NCBI GenBank assembly: GCA_963810995.1
Contig: CAWERM010000092.1
Coordinates: 1 to 58,007, forward strand
Reading direction: 5' to 3'
DNA length: 58,007 bases
Source: an uncultured Acidobacteriaceae bacterium
Lineage (GTDB): Bacteria; Acidobacteriota; Terriglobia; Terriglobales; Acidobacteriaceae
Made by a program: the position numbers and the translations under genes. Below the pieces are notes generated by a model, which did not search any database, had not been told where the DNA came from, and saw only the letters and a list, made by a program, of their open reading frames with translations. Shown here piece after piece: positions 56,214-58,007 of the stretch; within the stretch, counting starts at the first letter, position 1, and every line of letters begins with the position of its first letter.

Positions 56214-56399
56214 TCAGAACCTGACGCGGCCTCGAATCACAAGGATAGCGCCGCCTAGAAACGCCAGAGCCCCCATCCCCATCGCAGGGTCGATTTCAGG
56301 CGCACCTCCGCCACCGCCATTGGGGATGCCGGCAAACGCGGTGTGCGAGGCAATCAATGTGATTACCACAACCGCCAAAAATTGGCGGAAGACCTTCAT
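56214..56399 (-). CDS. (V/A)PEID-CTERM sorting-signal protein, 61 aa
   Basis: Signal peptide ending AFA, then GIPNGGGGG, APEIDP, TM helix and basic tail RGRVRF. GGAG RBS; 15 nt from xrtE. Confidence 0.85.
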   Translation of the reverse strand: MKVFRQFLAVVVITLIASHTAFAGIPNGGGGGAPEIDPAMGMGALAFLGGAILVIRGRVRF

Positions 56400-56723
56400 A
56401 GGCTAATACTCCATCTTTATTTATAGCACTGATAGTAGCAAGAAACCATACTATATTTGGAAGTGGGCTGGCGGGTGTCCTGTTTCAGGGCAATAGCGAG
56501 TCCCCTCTGCTAGCTCATGGGTACCCATCTGCTCAGTCCAGGGTACATCGACGGCCACTGGCTCTTACACCCCAGCAACCACCCGCCGCTCCGGGCAGGT
56601 ATGGCAGAGCCGATCAGGAATAATATCAAGAACCGTGCCTACAGGATAGTGGAATCTTCAGCCGCTTACGCACAGGCTTATGGTCAGCCTAAAAAGCTGA
56701 TTACACAATATTTACCGCTGCCT

Positions 56724-58007
56724 TCACGGATTGGCGTGGGTGGAACTTACGGAGGTGGCCAGTTGGGGGGACTTGGGGGAGAAGTAGCTGCCGTCCCAGA
56801 GTGCGCGGTAGATCTGGCCAGTGACCTCGGCGGCTTTGGGGCCGAAGGTAGGCCGTCCGCCCTCGAGGAAGACGACAGTAACAATGCGACCGGTGGGTGT
56901 GTCGGCGTAGGAGGCGAACCATCCCAGGCGTGTGCCGTTGTTGGAGCAGGTGCCCGTCTTGCCCAGCACGGGGAACTCGCGGAAGCTGGCGCGCAGCGAA
57001 CGGGCTGTACCGTACTTGACGGCGCCCTCCAGGCCGTCGCGCATCTCCGGAATGAGCGGGGCGATATCCAGGGTGCGCTTCACTTTGGGCAAGAAAGAGG
57101 CAATCTCCGCTGGCGATTGAGGGTGCTGTAGGTAGTAGAGTGTACCTCCATTGGCGATGGCCGAAACCAGCGCGCCAAGTTGCAGCGGGGTCATGGAAAT
57201 GCTTTCGCCGAAGGAGCACATGCGACCGACACCACCCTGCGCGGCAGGCAATTCGGTGTCGGGATATACCCCGAGTTGTTCGCCGGGGATGTTGTAGCCG
57301 GCCAGCTCGCCCAGTCCGAACTTGTTGGCGTAATACTTCACGCGCTCGAAGCCCATCTTGCGGCCCAGCGTCTCGAAGTAGGGATTGACAGAGTGCGCCA
57401 GCGCCGGGGTAAGGGTGAGGGAGTAGTGGCCGCCCAGATTGACCGGTGTGTCGCGCGTGATGAGGCCTTCGTCCAGCGCAGCCAGGGTGACGGCAAGCTT
57501 GATGGTAGAACAGGGCTCGGCCCCGCTGGAAAGCGCTAGCTTCTGGTTGACCATTGCGAGGATACGCCCGTTGGAGGGATCGATCGCCAATGTCGTTCCG
57601 TTCAGGTTACCCAACGCCTGGACGGCGGCAGCCCGGACTACCGGATCTTCGCCGGCAGGCGAGTCGCCCAGGGTGACGTCATCGGTGAAGGAACTGGCTG
57701 TGAAGCGCTCGACGAGGCGCCGGCTTCGGTGGCCGAGCGTCTGTACTGTGCGCGCGCTGCTTGCGGCCCCTTTGCGGGAAGCGGTGGTTGCCTTCACGGC
57801 GATAATTGAGGTGCGGGCGCGCGAAGCTGCGATGGAGGTGCGCATCGCCGAACGGGTTCTCAACACAGTTTTCTTCGCAGCCGTTCTGGACGCTGCGGCT
57901 CTGGACTTGACGGTTCTATGTGCGACAGGCTTGGACGCGGCTGTCTTATGGGTCGTTGCCTTCGATGCTGCGGCCTTCGCCGTCCTGGATTTTGTTGCGC
58001 TGGATGT
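56724..58007 (-). CDS. Penicillin-binding transpeptidase-domain protein, 5' end outside the window
   Basis: SxxK (STIK), SxN (SVN), KTG (KTGT), IDPSNGRILAMV, TPLQL. Frame is open to the window end and Ala/Lys/Ser/Thr-rich there. Confidence 0.85.
   Translation of the reverse strand, partial: TSSATKSRTAKAAASKATTHKTAASKPVAHRTVKSRAAASRTAAKKTVLRTRSAMRTSIAASRARTSIIAVKATTASRKGAASSARTVQTLGHRSRRLVERFTASSFTDDVTLGDSPAGEDPVVRAAAVQALGNLNGTTLAIDPSNGRILAMVNQKLALSSGAEPCSTIKLAVTLAALDEGLITRDTPVNLGGHYSLTLTPALAHSVNPYFETLGRKMGFERVKYYANKFGLGELAGYNIPGEQLGVYPDTELPAAQGGVGRMCSFGESISMTPLQLGALVSAIANGGTLYYLQHPQSPAEIASFLPKVKRTLDIAPLIPEMRDGLEGAVKYGTARSLRASFREFPVLGKTGTCSNNGTRLGWFASYADTPTGRIVTVVFLEGGRPTFGPKAAEVTGQIYRALWDGSYFSPKSPQLATSVSSTHANP

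Noticed and set aside
56400-56470. Sigma54 promoter upstream of the PEID-CTERM gene
   Set aside because: The GG...GC spacing in TGGTTTCTTGC does not fit the -24/-12 consensus.

Overview
GC-rich bacterial chromosomal segment. Gene content (bshA, TIGR03435-type fragment, many Gly/Pro/Ala-padded secreted CAZymes) suggests Acidobacteriaceae; this is inference, not a database result. The left ~26 kb is mostly housekeeping and stress genes: ackA-xfp, a GT pair, ubiX, uvrA, pyrE, a small nuclease/TA islet, mtnA, a USP-Crp/Fnr-USP block with two CRP-type boxes, bshA-hemD-purC-cvpA, a Fis-like HTH and an orphan secretin. It also carries five copies of a modular GGCT(A/G)AAGCC hairpin repeat family. 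Between tRNA-Gly/tRNA-Cys (26.5-26.7 kb) and tRNA-Ser (45.0 kb) is an accessory tract with gene debris, a 111-bp MITE-like element, SulP, frameshifted aldehyde dehydrogenase and rhamnogalacturonan lyase genes, further pectin-type CAZymes and a putative lipid synthesis/export module under a membrane-anchored winged-helix regulator. The tract ends in a tyrosine-integrase C-terminal scar abutting the 5' end of tRNA-Ser. The right end has more CAZymes, a ROK kinase, prmC, a secreted VOC protein, an exosortase E/protease with a tiny APEID-CTERM substrate and a partial PBP gene. Family names come from motif recognition, not from searches.
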